This document shows positions 1-13,963 of a stretch of DNA of 64,000 nucleotides, in pieces. The notes under the pieces were generated by a model, which searched no databases, was not told where the DNA came from, and was given only the letters and a program-made list of their open reading frames with translations. The DNA comes from Lingula anatina. Its lineage: Eukaryota; Animalia; Brachiopoda. The DNA lies in assembly GCA_051362555.1 (NCBI GenBank), contig CM120646.1, forward strand, positions 6,262,001 to 6,326,000, written 5' to 3'. The position numbers and the translations under genes were made by a program. Each line of letters opens with the position of its first letter. Positions within the stretch are counted from its first letter, which is position 1.

Positions 1-95
1 ATATTTCATAATGTGATGTAAATTATTGCCAAATGTAATATAAGACCTGGAGCCTATCACACAGAATAAAGTCATTTATAAATTATCATCATAAT

Positions 96-412
96 CAGGC
101 CTACCCAACTTCCAGACTCGGCACCGATTGATCCTGAATTCACCGGTAGATCAGACCACACTACCCGTTTTCATGGTGTGTGTCAGATCGCATTACACAG
201 TATCAGACGCGACACCGCTCTTGTCTTGTACGCGATGTGATAGTGACAATTCTCAGCGGGGTTGAAAAGCATTGCATCACCACTCAAAATTTGTTCAGGG
301 TATGATACTGTGTAATGCGATCTGACACACACCTTGAAAACGGGTAGTGTGGTCTGATCTACCGGTGAATTCAGGATCATTCGGTGCCGAGTCTGGTAGT
401 TGGGTAGGCCTG
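96..412. mobile_element. Foldback MITE with ~110-bp TIRs (CAGGCCTACCCAAC...GTTGGGTAGGCCTG) and 5-bp TSD
   Basis: 96-~204 is the near-perfect reverse complement of ~303-412. ATAAT flanks both ends (91-95, 413-417). Confidence 0.85.
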
Positions 413-789
413 ATAATGTCTCGTAGTTTTTCAACGGGCCCTTGAAGGCTATAAGAACTTCTACATTTGATACATGAAAAATCTACTTTACATAATTATA
501 AGATAATAACAAAAGAGTCTTTGAAATTACTTTTTTAGAAAAACGAATAAATTAAGTTTTAAAAATAATAACCTTGGATAAGTGCAGCATTTAAAAGGTC
601 CCCATTACCTTTTACATATAAGAATGTCCTCATTTCATAAATATGAAAAAGCGCCAAATACCGCGTCAACCACAAATATAGCCACCAGGGACGTCAGTTG
701 AATGAATCGGTTAGGTACTTGACTTAAGCTAAGTTTAACAAAAGGGAGGCACGAAATTTGAAAGCAAAATTATTATTTGTGATTGGCTG

Positions 790-1365
790 AAAATTTAATG
801 TATAAATTCCATGAAATAGTCTAATCAAGCTGGTTTTCAAACTCAAGCTGTATTTCATTCCTTATAATCTTATCTGTAAGTTTGAGAATAATAAATAACA
901 TGTTTTTTTAATGGTTATTATGGTGGCCAGTGGCCAAAATAGGGTTTAATTTTGATGCAATATCACGGAATAACATAATTAACACCGATTTTTAATATTA
1001 TGATATAAGTATCATAGATATTCAGAAAATGTGACCAGCAAACGTATTCAGGCACACAAAAGTCCAAATCCACCCAGTAAATGCCAATATGTGAAAAATT
1101 AACATTTCACAAAAAACTGCATAACTTCCAGAAAGGTAATCCGATCAGGCTGGTTTTCAAACTCCAGCTGAAATAATAGTCCAATCACGATGAGTTTTGG
1201 AACTCGACCTATGAGCTGTGAATATTCATCAGTTCAATAAGTTTCAAGACAACAGGTCAAACAGTTTTCCACCTATCGTGTCATCTATAAAAGTGAACAG
1301 CGACGACAGCAAAGACGCTGGCCGCGACAACAGATACAGGCGATGGCTATATATACTGACACGAT
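790..1365 (-). mobile_element. Degenerate reverse-oriented copy of the HINE-type family at 19864/54649
   Basis: The reverse complement contains ACACGATAGGTGGAAAAC...CTGATGAATATTCA and ATATAGCCATC..CTGT..GTCG blocks matching the 5' part and internal repeat of 19864-23480. Boundaries are approximate. Confidence 0.55.
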
Positions 1366-1525
1366 AAAAAGTGCAGCAACCCACAAATAAATAGATAAAT
1401 AAATAAATACGTTTTTCTTAGCTTTGAAAATGAAGTCAAATTGAATAGTAATGATACTGGGATAATGAAAGTTCAAGGAGAGATCGTTTATTTTCTGTTT
1501 ATCCGTTCAATTTGAGCACAGATAT

Positions 1526-4500
1526 TTATTTGTTTTGCATAATCCACATCAACTGTTCCTCAACAATGGCCAGCTGCTGTTGTTGTTTTATCATAGACTC
1601 CAATAAATCTTGGTATTGTTGAAGAAGTAGGAGCTGGAGACTTTTCTCTGCGAGGGTGAATTCTTGTTCATTCTAAAAAATAAATATAAATATATAGGCG
1701 AGTAAAAGCTTAGACAATAAATGATTTGAAGAAAGATAACTTGACTGCTATTCATATAACCCTTGTTAATTGCGCTATTTGACCATTTGAAATCTCTTTT
1801 TTTTTTTGTTATTATTGACATTTATCATTAAAAATAGAAAATAAATAAAATTATTATTTTCAAAACTTATACCTCGTTTTTGCCTGTCTGCATCCCATCC
1901 CTGGCGGTGTTTTGCCCCGAGTTAAGAGACATGGTAGTGATCTCTGCAACCATCTCCGCGAAAAGCTCAGTCTCCACAGTGTGGCTGATATTTCGTGTAA
2001 CCTGCAGTAAAGGAAATGATAATTTTCAGAATTTTTTTTCGATGGCATGTGTGATTCGTTCAGTTAAAAGACCGTCGCTCTGATCCCATCGTCTTTTAAA
2101 ATTGACATTATCTTAAAAGGGAAGTAAGTCTTAAGAGGGAATGTGTAGAAGGTGTTTATTTTCATGGGGCATTTGGTTCGGGTCAATCGCTCTCTATAGT
2201 TATCTTTATATTACTTGAAATGGATTAACATTTACCTACAGAAAAAATATAATTGTGAAAGAAACTGCTATCTTTTTGTAGGGTCAGGTTGATTTCCGTT
2301 TTGAAATTTAAGTATTCTTACTCCCTGAATCAATGAAAGTTATGCGTCATTGGTCATTTACGTTAAGTGTGGATTAACACCAAGTAAAACATTCGGGCAG
2401 AAACGACCACGCTTTGCAAACTGTCAGAAGAAGAATTAGACCCCATTTCCATAGACACTATCGGTCTACTTGGATCAACCCAACTCCGCGGGGAATCTCG
2501 CTAATAGTGCAATCAGTTTAACTGAATGACGCCTCCTCTTGTTTTCAACGTACTCGCATGATATCACCAGTTTTTCTGTATTTTGCTTAACGCCAGGTGG
2601 AGGCGTGTCATTCAGTTAGGCTGATTCCAGTCAGCCAGAGACTTCGTAGAGTTAGGTCGATCCACGTAGACCGATCGTGTTTATGGGAAGGGGGCCTGAG
2701 ACAAATGTTAAATTGACTGTCCAAAGATCTGCGTGACTGCAATTGTTAAGTAATAAAACTCGTTTTTAACTGTTAAAAAAAAACATTTTCCTTTTTATCA
2801 TTCCCGAAAGTTATCGTGTCGACATTATCATTCTTTAGTCTCCAACATCTCAGTAAATAACTTTCGAGAAATGACTTAAGATACATTTGTTCAGACTAGT
2901 AGTTGTATTCGTATTATAAAAAAGTAATAGGCGATTGTATTACAAAAAGGACTTAAGTCAGTATACTTTGGCCCATATACTTAGGTCTCGTATCGAGAAA
3001 GTTCCATCAAATAAAGCATGTCAAGGTCCCCTGACTCTCCCTTTTGTCACCTTATAACTAGGCCCCTTGAGTGCACTGTGGTTGTCCCAACGAAAATGAT
3101 TTGCCCTAAAAGGTTACAGTAACCCACAGCAGGTATGTCAGTCCACCTCATGAGTAGTCCATCGAAAACCAAGAAGACATGTCAAATACGTTCATTATGG
3201 GTGAATCACTCCTAATAGCTCAATACCAATATGAATATTGAATGGTACGTTTATTTTGTGTGATCAGTATGACTATTGTACGGTGCTGTACGTGTCGGTT
3301 ATTTGATCTCGGTTGTCTTAACCTAAGGACTCGTGAACTTTTGTGAAACAGGCCATGGTTCAGCCCTTTGACCTAAGCTTGGACAAGAAAGCAAAACATT
3401 AACGCTGTTACAGTTACATTCACAGTTATATTGCGGTGTCAAGTTCAGGTACATGTAAGACTGACCTGAAAAAACGGCTTGAAAATATTGACATATTGGT
3501 GACCTACAGAGGCTTTAAACTAAATAGAGTTTCAAGGAGACGCACTTGATGACATTTACGACCCATTGAGCTGTTTGCGTGTATATAGACTATACAATTC
3601 AGACACAAATTGGAAGTGTCTGTGCAAGATTGGTAGAAGATCATGTTATTTTCATGTCATTGTTTATTTATTTATTTATTTATTTATAGAAAAAATTCAG
3701 CAACTTTAATCTCAACAGCAGATATAGCCTAACTGAAAAATAAATAAGTGCATTATTACATGTATAGGAATAGGCGAGAGACAGCCGTACAAAATTTATA
3801 CAATATACCACAATAAAGTAGCAACTACTTGGATGTAACAGTATCAGTAATTAATTTGCATTAAAATATAATTTGCACATTTGATATAATTTTGTATAAC
3901 TAACTTAAAATTGTAACCGTAGTTTACTAATGTAGTTAAATAATATAGGTAGGTCAAAGTCATTGTAAAAGGTCCCTGTGCAGAAATTTTGTGATATATC
4001 ATGATTGCATAAATAATCCGATTAATCTGATTTTCGGACTTGGCCTTTTGCCAAGTAAAACCACGCAGTAAATTTTATGTTGAACAAAATTATGCACTTA
4101 CAGTAAATGTGACAAACAACAAAAGTTGTAATAATAATCATTATTATTAATTTGAGTCTAAAATCCAAATTTGTTCAGTAGACTAACAATGAAAAGTAAA
4201 TAAATAACAAAAAAGCTAGTAAAATAAAAAGAAAAAAAAAATGATCAAAATAGGAAAAATTGATTAAAACAAATAAATAAAGTGTAGAAATTAAAAATGT
4301 TTAATCCATCATCACTCACTTTAAAGTCGTAAGTTGATACAAGACAACATAAATATGGTGGGGCCAAGTTGTAAAAAGCGGTGTAATAATACACTAAATG
4401 TTTAAAAAGAGTCTGTGCTCTTATAGGTATCTAGTGGTGTTGTTTGAGAATAGGGGTTATGTGTCTGTCACCAGGCGTGCGGGTAAGACCTCAAGCAGAG

Positions 4501-5417
4501 ATATTTTGAATACGCTGCAGACGTAGTTTAGACTTTAGTAGTCAGATTTAGTTTAGCTTGTGGACATCCAGAAATACAAAAAACAGAAAATCAGTAACTT
4601 CTGAGAAAAAAAAAAAAGAAAGAAAGAAAAAAATCAATTATCTCATAACCAAAAAATAAATCATTTTACCGAGCATAATCATCTTGTAAACTTGAAGCAA
4701 AACAACATGCCGTTTGACTTGTAGCGTGTGGACATTCCGACAAAAAGAGTGAAAAAAGTTTTCTATTTCGCCAGGAAATCACCGATAAAAAAAAGGAACG
4801 AGATTTGACTTCACTGTGAGAAGCATGGGGAAAATATCAGAGCAAACTTTCATGATTTAATTTTTTTACTTTTAAAATTTAAACAAAGAAACGGATTTGA
4901 TATCCCTGTAATTTTTAAATCCTGATACCTTTATTTTTGCAATTTTTCAGTAACTACAGGAAAACCAAAACCAGACAGATTGCACACGTTCGGCTATTTT
5001 CCTCTCAAAGAGAAAGAATGAATGTTTGGGCTAATTTTTCAATCTGTAAAGACCGAATTCTTTAAATAAAAAGGAATATGTTCGATTTTTTATTTTTTCT
5101 GACGAATCGGGGAAAAATCACACGGAAACCCTCAACCAATATCCCGTACGGTTATAGCAACGTCGAGGACTTTATCAAGCACAGTGGATCATAATACATG
5201 TACCAGCAGACATTCATAGTGCCTATATATACATGTATTTAGAGAAATCTCTATAATTAAGATATATACAATTTACTACTACACCTGAGACCTCAGCTGG
5301 AGATACGACAGTACTTACTGAACCCGGGCACAAATTCTCTTTGTCATTTTCATTTGCGGTTGCGTGTACTTGGTTATTCTTTCCACTTTCGCTGAAATTG
5401 TGTCCCTCTTTTTCCAT
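1526..5417 (-). CDS. Uncharacterised small protein, paralog 1 (divergent) of a clustered three-exon family, 124 aa
   Basis: Exons 5417-5319 (MEKEGHNFSESGKNNQVHATANENDKENLCPGS|GTAAGT), 2001-1873 (tgcAG|VTRNISHTVETELFAEMVAEITTMSLNSGQNTARDGMQTGKNE|GT) and 1672-1526 (tttAG|NEQEFTLAEKSLQLLLLQQYQDLLESMIKQQQQLAIVEEQLMWIMQNK*). All introns are phase 0. TATAAA lies at 5543-5538 and AATAAA at 1492-1487. Exons 1 and 3 align with paralogs 2-4. Confidence 0.75.
2439..2697. mobile_element. Imperfect palindromic MITE (PIF/Harbinger-like ends)
   Basis: GACCCCATTTCCATAGACAC...GTGTTTATGGGAAGGGGGCC termini with internal inverted symmetry (AACTGAATGACGCC / GGCGTGTCATTCAGTT). A related fragment lies at ~37166-37330. 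Confidence 0.6.
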
Positions 5418-5537
5418 TCTCGAATGATCTTCGCTACTTTCTGTTGTTAAGGAGGTGTAAGTCACGAGCCCTATCCCTCTCTGGCGTTCATAACGTGTGT
5501 CAGTTGTGAAGTGTCGGGGTAAAAGAGCCTTAAAGCC

Positions 5538-5543
5538 TTTATA
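5538..5543 (-). promoter_or_regulatory. TATA box of paralog 1
   Basis: TATAAA 126 nt upstream of the ATG. The positional equivalents in paralogs 2 and 4 read TATGTAAA (~124 nt upstream, e.g. 25095). Confidence 0.5.
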
Positions 5544-6181
5544 CTAGGTCAGAAAAGGTAAATAGTGACGTTCGTGTGGCACCTTGCCATAACGTACATA
5601 TATGTATATTACCTAGATTATTGTATCTATGCATGACTCATTACGCTTCTTTGTCTAGTATACTTAATTTGCTTGAGTACTTGGCCTGGATTTTTTCCCG
5701 TTTTATGTGCATTCGTGCATTTTTTTAAATTTTTTCTTACTTTCTCTTTTTTTTTTTTTTCAACAAGAGTCTTATTAAGTCCCTTTCTCGTTTTAGTTAA
5801 GTGCTGTGAAACCCAGACTTTTATTTTCCTACACGGAGGTTGCTGTCCTGATTTTGATGGATGAAAGTTGGTATCTCCGTAGTATCTTGTCTTTATATTT
5901 AAGTGAGAAAATGGAACTGATAAACTTGCATCATAAGAAAGCAACCGGTTTGTTTTTGCCTACAGCACCTCACGCGGTGCTTCTGTACCTGTAAAAACGT
6001 GCTTGCGTGATTTGAATGTTGGCTCTGCACTTCTCTCCAGTAAAATATGATACATCTGTCAAGACCTCGACAGCAATTTTCTTAACTGACACGCAGAGGC
6101 GGTCCCATTGATGCACGCCCTCTTTACCCTCTAATAACAAGCGTTGTGAATGTAATTGACAAGAAATTGTGTAATCGCGTT

Positions 6182-6590
6182 TGACTGGGTTCCCATGCCT
6201 AGATCGATCCGTCTGGATTGGTCTAACTTCCTGGGGAGTCCCACATAATTGCTGTCAACTTAACAGGCTTAAATATGTCTGTCACGCCTACCGTATCAGC
6301 TAGGAAGTAAAGATAATTACCCCCCCCCCAACAGCTTTACTAGGCGTAGCGGACATATGAGACTCCCCAGGGAGATAGATCGATTCAAATATCTGTGGGA
6401 ATGGTCCCTTTGACTGGGTTCCCATGCCGAGAACGATCTAACAGGATTAACCCATCTCCGAGGTGTTTCTCGTTAAATTGCTTTCAGCTTAAGCGGCTTA
6501 GATGTCTGGCACGCCTACTGAAGCTGCTAAACCATAGTTAATTACCCCCTTGCGGCTTCAGTAGGTATGAGAGGCATGTAAGTCTGTTTT
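6182..6590. mobile_element. Tandem pair of ~230-bp MITE-like repeats (GACTGGGTTCCCATGCC...GGGAATGGTCCC), second copy truncated
   Basis: The unit restarts at ~6412. The same family recurs at 36570-36819 and a relative at 16414-16621. Confidence 0.6.
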
Positions 6591-7884
6591 TCAGCAAACG
6601 TCCATGTGATGTGCATGACGCCATGGTGTAATTAACATGGTCGTTAGTTATCAACACTGCCATTGGTTTACTCGGGAAACCCCCCGGTACCCCAACCAAC
6701 CTAACTCAATGTAACATTTACGACCTTGACATTCTTCTCCAAAATGATGCAATCGCCTATGCAATCGTACTCAAGGATTTTCTTTCTCCTGAGGCGAGTA
6801 AATATAAAGAAATAAAAGATTGGGCACAGCCGTCATAAAATGGTTCGTAATCCTAGTTCATTATACAAAATAAAGTGTTGCGTTCTTGGAGAATTTATTT
6901 ATTTGTTTTTAAACGATAGTTTCAACGAAATATTTATAATTTGAAACACAGGTACTGCGTCTTAACATGTTTTGCGCCAGCTTTTTAGGAGAGTCCCATG
7001 GTGGGGGGGGGGGGGGGCGGTTCACGGGAAATTATATCATCAATTCACAAATATCAGTACATATTCATATCTTACTGATAGTGCTAGTCGGAAATCCTGA
7101 AAATCAAGAAATACCGGGTGTAATGACTTAGGTTAACGAAGGAGGAGGAATAAGAAAGTCGCATTCATGAGTCACGAAAGTGGGGTGCTTCACGGATCAC
7201 GCTAAATAATATGAACGTTGCACGCATCTCAGGCAATAAAAAGTGGCCTTCACGGGTAACGAAAATAGGGACCTACCCACTGGAACCCTCTTTGAAGTAG
7301 GCCTAGTGTGTATTTTTATATGCACGCGTTTGCTTCTAAGAACCATCCGCCGCTGCGAGCAGTGGAAATGGAGGCGAAATGGACCTATTGCCGCCCAAAA
7401 CACAAAAAAAAAACAAGCAAAGGATCTAAAATACGTATTAATAACTTGTAAAATAATTTAAAAGGTGTAGTATGCCAATATTATTTTATTAATATGATTT
7501 AAATTATGCACTAGTAGTTCCTCTATTTTTAATTTAGGCCTACTGTTATCTTAGTCATTAAAAATAGGTCATCTGTGGAGCTACCAAAAGCTACCAAAAT
7601 TATCAATTTTCTTCAAATTTTCAAAATTTTCTTGGGCCGTGATGACTGATTATTGAGGTAAAACTGGCATTTCTTTTGAATGGACAGAGTTCCTATCAGT
7701 CACAGTGATACTTAATATGTTTAGTTTAAAGCTACCTATCGATTAATAAAATGAAAGCTAAGGTAGAAAGAAAAGAAAACCATTTTTATTTTAAATTTTA
7801 TTTCAGTAATTTTTCTTTTCTGTCAGTCTATATTTTTTGCAAGGAATAATGGGTGTTCAGGTCGCCTGAAAAAAGACCCAAACA

Positions 7885-7885
<1 letters not shown>

Positions 7886-7935
<50 letters not shown>
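7886..7935. repeat. (TTA)n microsatellite
   Basis: Direct inspection. Confidence 0.9.
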
Positions 7936-9448
7936 CAAGACTATCCCGACTGTTCAGCGCAGAGTTTCCACGCACCGTTAATACACCTTTCTTTTCGGTC
8001 ATTCACCCAGCTTCATTGTTACGCCTGATATTTTCGGATACCTACCGCAAAATAACTATTAACTTTTTTAACGTTTTTCTCTAACAAGTGTTGTCTGCAT
8101 AACTGCACTGGTTACAGTGTAATTCTATACAAGTAATACGTCCTTCGCGTGATTTGTTCCCATTTCATCCGCCCTTTTTCTCCTAGCTTGAGGATAAAAG
8201 GCCTTGCCATGTTTTTTTTAAGTAACACAGCAAAGCACTAAAGACAGATTTTATTACTCTGTGTAACACGGTAACTTTATGACGAAAACCGAAAGCACTG
8301 GACTTGTGTCTTCCTCGCACATGTATTACAACTTCCAGTAACATTTGCAGACATACCGGTAGATCTCCCGGTGACAGCCAATGACAATGCTGCTTTCATG
8401 GGTCAATCTAGTAAGCAGAACTTAGGTCATCGTGACATTTTGGGTCAACAGTTTAAAGGAATCATAACTTTGGTGGGGAAAGCATTATAAAACAGATTTT
8501 CCTCGGGCACACGTCGCTTTTTTCATACTTCCGACACTCAAAGCTAGCCCACGTTTTTTATGGGATAAGAACACTTCGTATTATATGAGATCAATATATC
8601 TCAACAAATATATTGTAAATAATTCATAGAAATGCACTAAATTCTATTTTCCCACCGAAACGGCTGTTATCAGAGTTATTCTGGAATCTGTGCTGGCTAT
8701 CGGACCACCTAACCTCCATAGATGGCTACCCTCTGTAATAATCTCTTAAGTGATGTGGAACGCTTATCACTCCGCAAACGTTACAGAACCTTTTGACTCC
8801 ACGCACAGATGCGGCAGGTGCGTCCTCAAATCCAGAGGATACTATACACAATGCTAAAATGTGGCTTTAATTTTTCACTCTGGTGAGCTCATTCAATGGT
8901 TATACAATTAGTTAATTTTTTGCGAAAAAAAAAATCCTTTTAGAAGTTGAAAAGAGAACATTGGTTCACGGCATGATTTTCTGTGTGACTTCACGCATTG
9001 CGTTAGGGGTGACACTTTTCTTACTAGGGGATTATACTTTATTGAAAAAAAAAACAGTCAACAAGTACACCGCCACGAGTGCTGTTTCCAGGTGTGAAAG
9101 GAGTGGTAGTCCGCTATGAACCGTAGTCCGACCCCCATTACTTTGTACAGGGGACGGTCTCTCCATAACTTACCCCAATATTCCGACTAATCCTAGCCTG
9201 TACAAATCGCATGCGACCCCGGACTAGACCAAGCACCCCTGCCACACCTGTATCCTTAGCAAAATATCAGGCATGCTGCACATTTGCAGCAAGTTCGCTG
9301 CAATATTGGTGCAAACTGCAATTTCTACTTGCACATTTGCAGCAAATTTGCTGCACTATGACTTCAAATTAGCAGCAATAATTTATTTCTTGCAAACTCG
9401 TTGCCGCAAACTTTCAGCAAAAAGTAGGGAGTCTTGAAATATATATAA

Positions 9449-9687
9449 GGCTTCATTCACATGCAATGTCTATTTTCTAAATTCTATTTTCTATTCGCGC
9501 TATCTTATGATCACGGTCTGTGCCCTGAATATCCCGCCGCGTAATTACTGGCAGCGCAGGCCAGTTACTTATAGTAACTTATAGTAACTGGCTCGCGCTG
9601 CCAGTAATTACGCCGCGGGATATTCAGGGCACAGAACGCGAATAGAAAATAGAATTTAGAAAATAGACATTGCATGTGAATGAAGCC
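9449..9687. mobile_element. Near-perfect palindromic MITE, PIF/Harbinger-like
   Basis: GGCTTCATTCACATGCAATGTCTATTTTCT... / ...AGAAAATAGACATTGCATGTGAATGAAGCC, with inverted symmetry running to the centre (~9575). Flanks are TAA/TAC (imperfect 3-bp TSD). Confidence 0.8.
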
Positions 9688-10350
9688 TACGTTTTTTATC
9701 TTTCAATGAAGTTTTCCTTAAATTTCTATTAAAATTTGCACTTGGAATAAATAATCCTTTGGACCTTCTCATCATGCGTTATATTAAATTTAGCACCATA
9801 TGGTATGGGGTGTTTGACATTGACCTATTTCAATGCATCTTTTATTATTTATCTACCATTTTTCATACAAAGTATCCTAGTATCGTATACCACTATACAT
9901 GTAAGTATAAAATATCAACAGATCTTGTCTGATTAAATTTCATGATATCTTTCGACTTTCTTTTCATGCTACTAGTCTTCTACAGTTAAATCATGTCTTT
10001 TTATAGAGTGCCTACACTAAAAACAAAAATCAACAATGTTTACATTCAAGAGTGGCACGAGTATGCATGTAGGATTACGTACGCTATATGTTTTTTCGTT
10101 TATTTTTTTTTTCTTTGTAGCGTTTCTCGTTGCGTTGTCAAACCGGACGACAGTTAAGGATGGTCCATTTGTAAAATTACAATTTATCATAAGATATACA
10201 TGTAGAGGTGATCCAATCCATTTGATTATATATTTGTACCCTGCAATTCTGCATAAGAAGGACCTTTGACAAGGTATGGGTGCTTAAATACATTTTGCAT
10301 TTATTGTTGCTCCTTGCTTTCTCATCCCTCCCAACCTCCTTGTTGTTTTG

Positions 10351-11118
10351 TCAGTCCGCGTTTGGAAACACCCAACACAACTGTTCTTCAATATGTTGTA
10401 ACTGCTCATGCTGCTGAATCATCAAATTCAGGAAGTCCTGATGTTGCTGCAAAAGGAACAGGAGACATCTATCGGTGGAAGAATCGTCGTCTTCGCTCTA
10501 GAAAGATAAGGCTATACATGTGAGCACTTTATATAATACAGCTGAAAACAAATCTTAGACGTATGATGGAATAGAAAACAGAAAAAAATATTGTCTCTGG
10601 ACGTTATTAGTTTGACGATATTCATTCACAGTTTACTCTTCGTTTCTTTTTGTCGTCTGTTTTTATGTATTCATTTATTTATTTTATTTATTATAAATTT
10701 TGTGTGTGAAATGTTTAAAATCACGACAAGGGTCAGCAGATAGAAAGTGCAGAAAGGCTGAGGTCACGAGTGTGGGTTACATCATCCACAGCAGACGCTG
10801 ACCTTCCGTCATTCACGTTTCTCTCTCACGTGGCATGAACTCATCTTAAAAGAATTTTGGTTTGAATAAACTTGTTTTTCAGTTGTTCATTCAATTGGCG
10901 ACGGAAGACGAAATTTGTTTAACTTATGACTAGACAGACGTATTTACAAGTAAAATTTTACTAGATAACCCCTTACCGCGGTTTGGTTGGAATGAGGACT
11001 TGCACAGGCTGCGTCTTTCGCATCGGTGGTTGCCCCAGCTTTCGTACCCTGGTCCATATTTTTGTCGCACGTGCATGTAACCTGATATGAAACACGAAGG
11101 TTGAGTTTCAATTCGTTT

Positions 11119-11153
<35 letters not shown>

Positions 11154-11839
11154 TATCACTTGCTTCGCATCGTAGAACTTTCTCTATACACTCAATTTAG
11201 TATATTATTTACATTATTTGTGACTCTGGGCTTGTCAGCAAGTCACTTGTTTTGTAAGATATATACTACCAAAGAACTAAATTTAGGATGTTTCTTTATT
11301 TTCACAAGAAAGAACGAAAAAAATTTTTCTTTCAACGAGTGCGATTTTCAAATTTATCCTAAAGTAGTTTATTTGCCTCTACCTGTCTCAAGCAAAATGC
11401 ATGCCAATATTTTGTCACTTCCCGAGGAAAAAAGGCGCAGTGCTTTTGGGGTAGTATTTGCATTGCTTAAAAGGTAAAAATTTGTAATTGTAATGCAACC
11501 TTTTTGCACTAGAAATAAGGGGGTCAACCGCAAACTCTTCATTATCAGTTTGCGTGAAAGTTTTTGTTTAACGATATGGGGAATAAAATAAGATTTCCTC
11601 TTACACTATGTAATCCCGACAATTTCTATTAAAAAAAATAACTTCAGGACGAGGAAACAATTAATCAGTACTTCAATTTATAACACGCCTGCATATATCA
11701 TTGTGCAGTATTTACTCTGGGGATATATTACCATCTCAATGCTTACCGAACCAGGCGTCAATGCATTACTGCCGCTTTCTTTCCCAGTTTCTTGTTCATT
11801 TTCTCCACTTTCACGAAAACTTTGCTCCTCTTTTTCCAT
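10351..11839 (-). CDS. Uncharacterised small protein, paralog 2, 114 aa
   Basis: Exons 11839-11747 (MEKEEQSFRESGENEQETGKESGSNALTPGS|GTAAGC), 11081-10977 (cAG|VTCTCDKNMDQGTKAGATTDAKDAACASPHSNQTA|GTAAGG) and 10497-10351 (tAG|SEDDDSSTDRCLLFLLQQHQDFLNLMIQQHEQLQHIEEQLCWVFPNAD*). Phase 0/0. AATAAA at ~10305-10300. Confidence 0.8.
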
Positions 11840-12185
11840 CCTCTGATTATCTCTGCTATTTCACGGGTACGTCCTCTCCACTCGTTGTTGAGCAAAGGAT
11901 GGGTGCTTCAAGAGCAGGTTACCCCTCTGGCGCTTTCTGCGAAAATACCGTAGTCTTTACATACAAACCTGTTTTTGTTTTGCGGTTGTTCACCCAGGCC
12001 GCCGTCAACGCAGTGCACTCCGTTTCGGTAGCATGTCACTGTGACATAATAGGCCACAGGTACTTTAGTGCATCTAAGTCGTTTTCTTCGTGCAACGAAG
12101 ACTGAAAAAACTGTCTAGGATCATTGGTGTGGCTTGCATGACTGATTACAATCTATTGTCCTTAATGTGCGTTTTTTTTTAAAGG

Positions 12186-12358
12186 CAGGGGCGGATTGAT
12201 ACTGTTTCCTGGGTCTTCCGGAAGACGGTCAGATTTAAAAGTTTACATTGACGGGTATCTAGTTTTTTTTTCTCTCTCGGAAGACGGTGAAATGTGGAGG
12301 ATGGATCAACAAAGATAATTTGAAAGACTGTCAGAAAATATCTCTGGATCCACCCCTG
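12186..12358. mobile_element. ~170-bp MITE, CAGGGGCGGAT...ATCCACCCCTG family
   Basis: TIRs are visible. The same family occurs at ~23157-23316 and, inverted, at 57540-57708. It is absent from the homologous position upstream of paralogs 3 and 4. Confidence 0.75.
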
Positions 12359-12986
12359 ACTGGTGTTATTCAATCTTAAGTGCATCTGCTTTTGATGCTG
12401 ATTCAGCCGCGATGTAATGTTTGTACGACCGGTGCTAGCTAGAAATGTTAAACTCTCACAATTCTCGGTCGTTTTCTTCCTGCTCTGGCCACATATTCGC
12501 ATTTATACCAGACCAGCATATTTAACTTAAATCCCGTTTAAACCGGACTGGCGACTGCTGTGAGAACGATTCTTTTGGTATACCCTCGCCAACAGTAGCA
12601 GGGAGTCGCCCTGAGGTTGCAAGATGGTGTCAGGCGGTCCTAATAGTCTCCCGGGCCGTATATCTCTTGGTTTTCATCATTCTTCGTCTGTCACCTAGAG
12701 TTATGCGAATGTGTGGAACTGTTCAAACTACCCGCAAAAGTGTGTGATGTCTGATACTAGGAATGGATTTTACCTGCTGAACATGAGAGAGGAAAAAAAA
12801 GTAGGGAGAGAGAGATGGCGGGGAGATTTTGAAAGTTAAAAGGCGGTTAAAAAAAGAAAAAAAATGGGTGTCACAAATCAAGGTGTACCTAATCGAAAAC
12901 CGTCACCCACATTTTAAATACGATCGATCTGAGTTCTTTACTCCTCATTTCTGAGACTCCTCTCGTATTGTTGATGATGACTCGTG

Positions 12987-13172
12987 AGAACGCATTCAGC
13001 ATAGCGGACATACAGATCCGCGGATCAAATATGGCCGGCATACTTGAATGCTTGTTGCGTAATCTCCGCTGGGAAACTATTCAGTGTCTAATCGGGAATT
13101 CATTGGCGCGCCTTCTAGTGGGTCGCCATATTTGATACGGGGATATGTTAGTCCGCTGTACCGAATGCGCTC
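12987..13172. mobile_element. Degenerate palindromic MITE
   Basis: GAACGCATTC..AGCGGAC..ATCAAATATGGC mirrored by GCCATATTTGAT..GTCCGCT..GAATGCGCTC. Confidence 0.55.
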
Positions 13173-13963
13173 TGAATTTCGGTCGCGAAGGTCAAAAAAG
13201 AAATGAATGACTCAAACATAAGTTTATAGATTGTAATGTTCTTTAAGATTTTAGTTACAATTTTGTGATTGCTAGTTATTTGTTGAAATTTCCAAGAAAT
13301 TTTAGTGAATTTATTTAATACATTTTAGAATTTAATACGATAATCATAAATTTTTTGCTATTTAAAATCTAAGGAGTATTGTATTTTTATGTATAGTTAT
13401 ACAATGTAAACAAGAAATTCTAACTGAATGAGAAAGTTGTAGCAAAAAAAAAAAAAAAAAAAAAAAAAAGATGAAAAGAAAAGAATGAAAAAAAGAAGGG
13501 GGAGTAAAAAAAAGTGCTCCCGAAACTACATATCTGCTTCAACAAAGCCATTAAAAAGAAAAATTAACACTAATATCTAAAAAACATACATAAAATAGCA
13601 GAAGTAGAAGTAAGAACTCCGGTGTAATGGGGGCCTAAATACGTCCCATCTTCTAATTTATCTAAACATTAGAAAGGCTATTGAAAGTAAAGTCAACCCT
13701 TAAGGTGATTAACATTACACAAATTTAAAAACAATCGCGCATTGGGGTAAACGACGATTTTTCCATTAATATTTTTATGTTTAAAAAAACCAATTTATTA
13801 ATCAAATGAAAACTAAGGTAAAAAGACAATAAAAACGTTTTTTTACTTTAAATTTTATTTCAGTGATTCTTCTTTTCCGCCAATCTATATTTTTTGCAAG
13901 GAATAATGGGTGTTGATAGAGAGGAATCAGGTCGCATCTCTCCGAACCCCTCTTGTTGTTTTG

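Noticed and set aside
10266-12105. Recurring ORF-track proteins (ETPNTT.., MCSIYSGD.., and their copies at 13894, 17695, 25007)
   Set aside because: They are antisense shadows of the real spliced exons on the opposite strand, and their lengths and stops are not conserved between copies.
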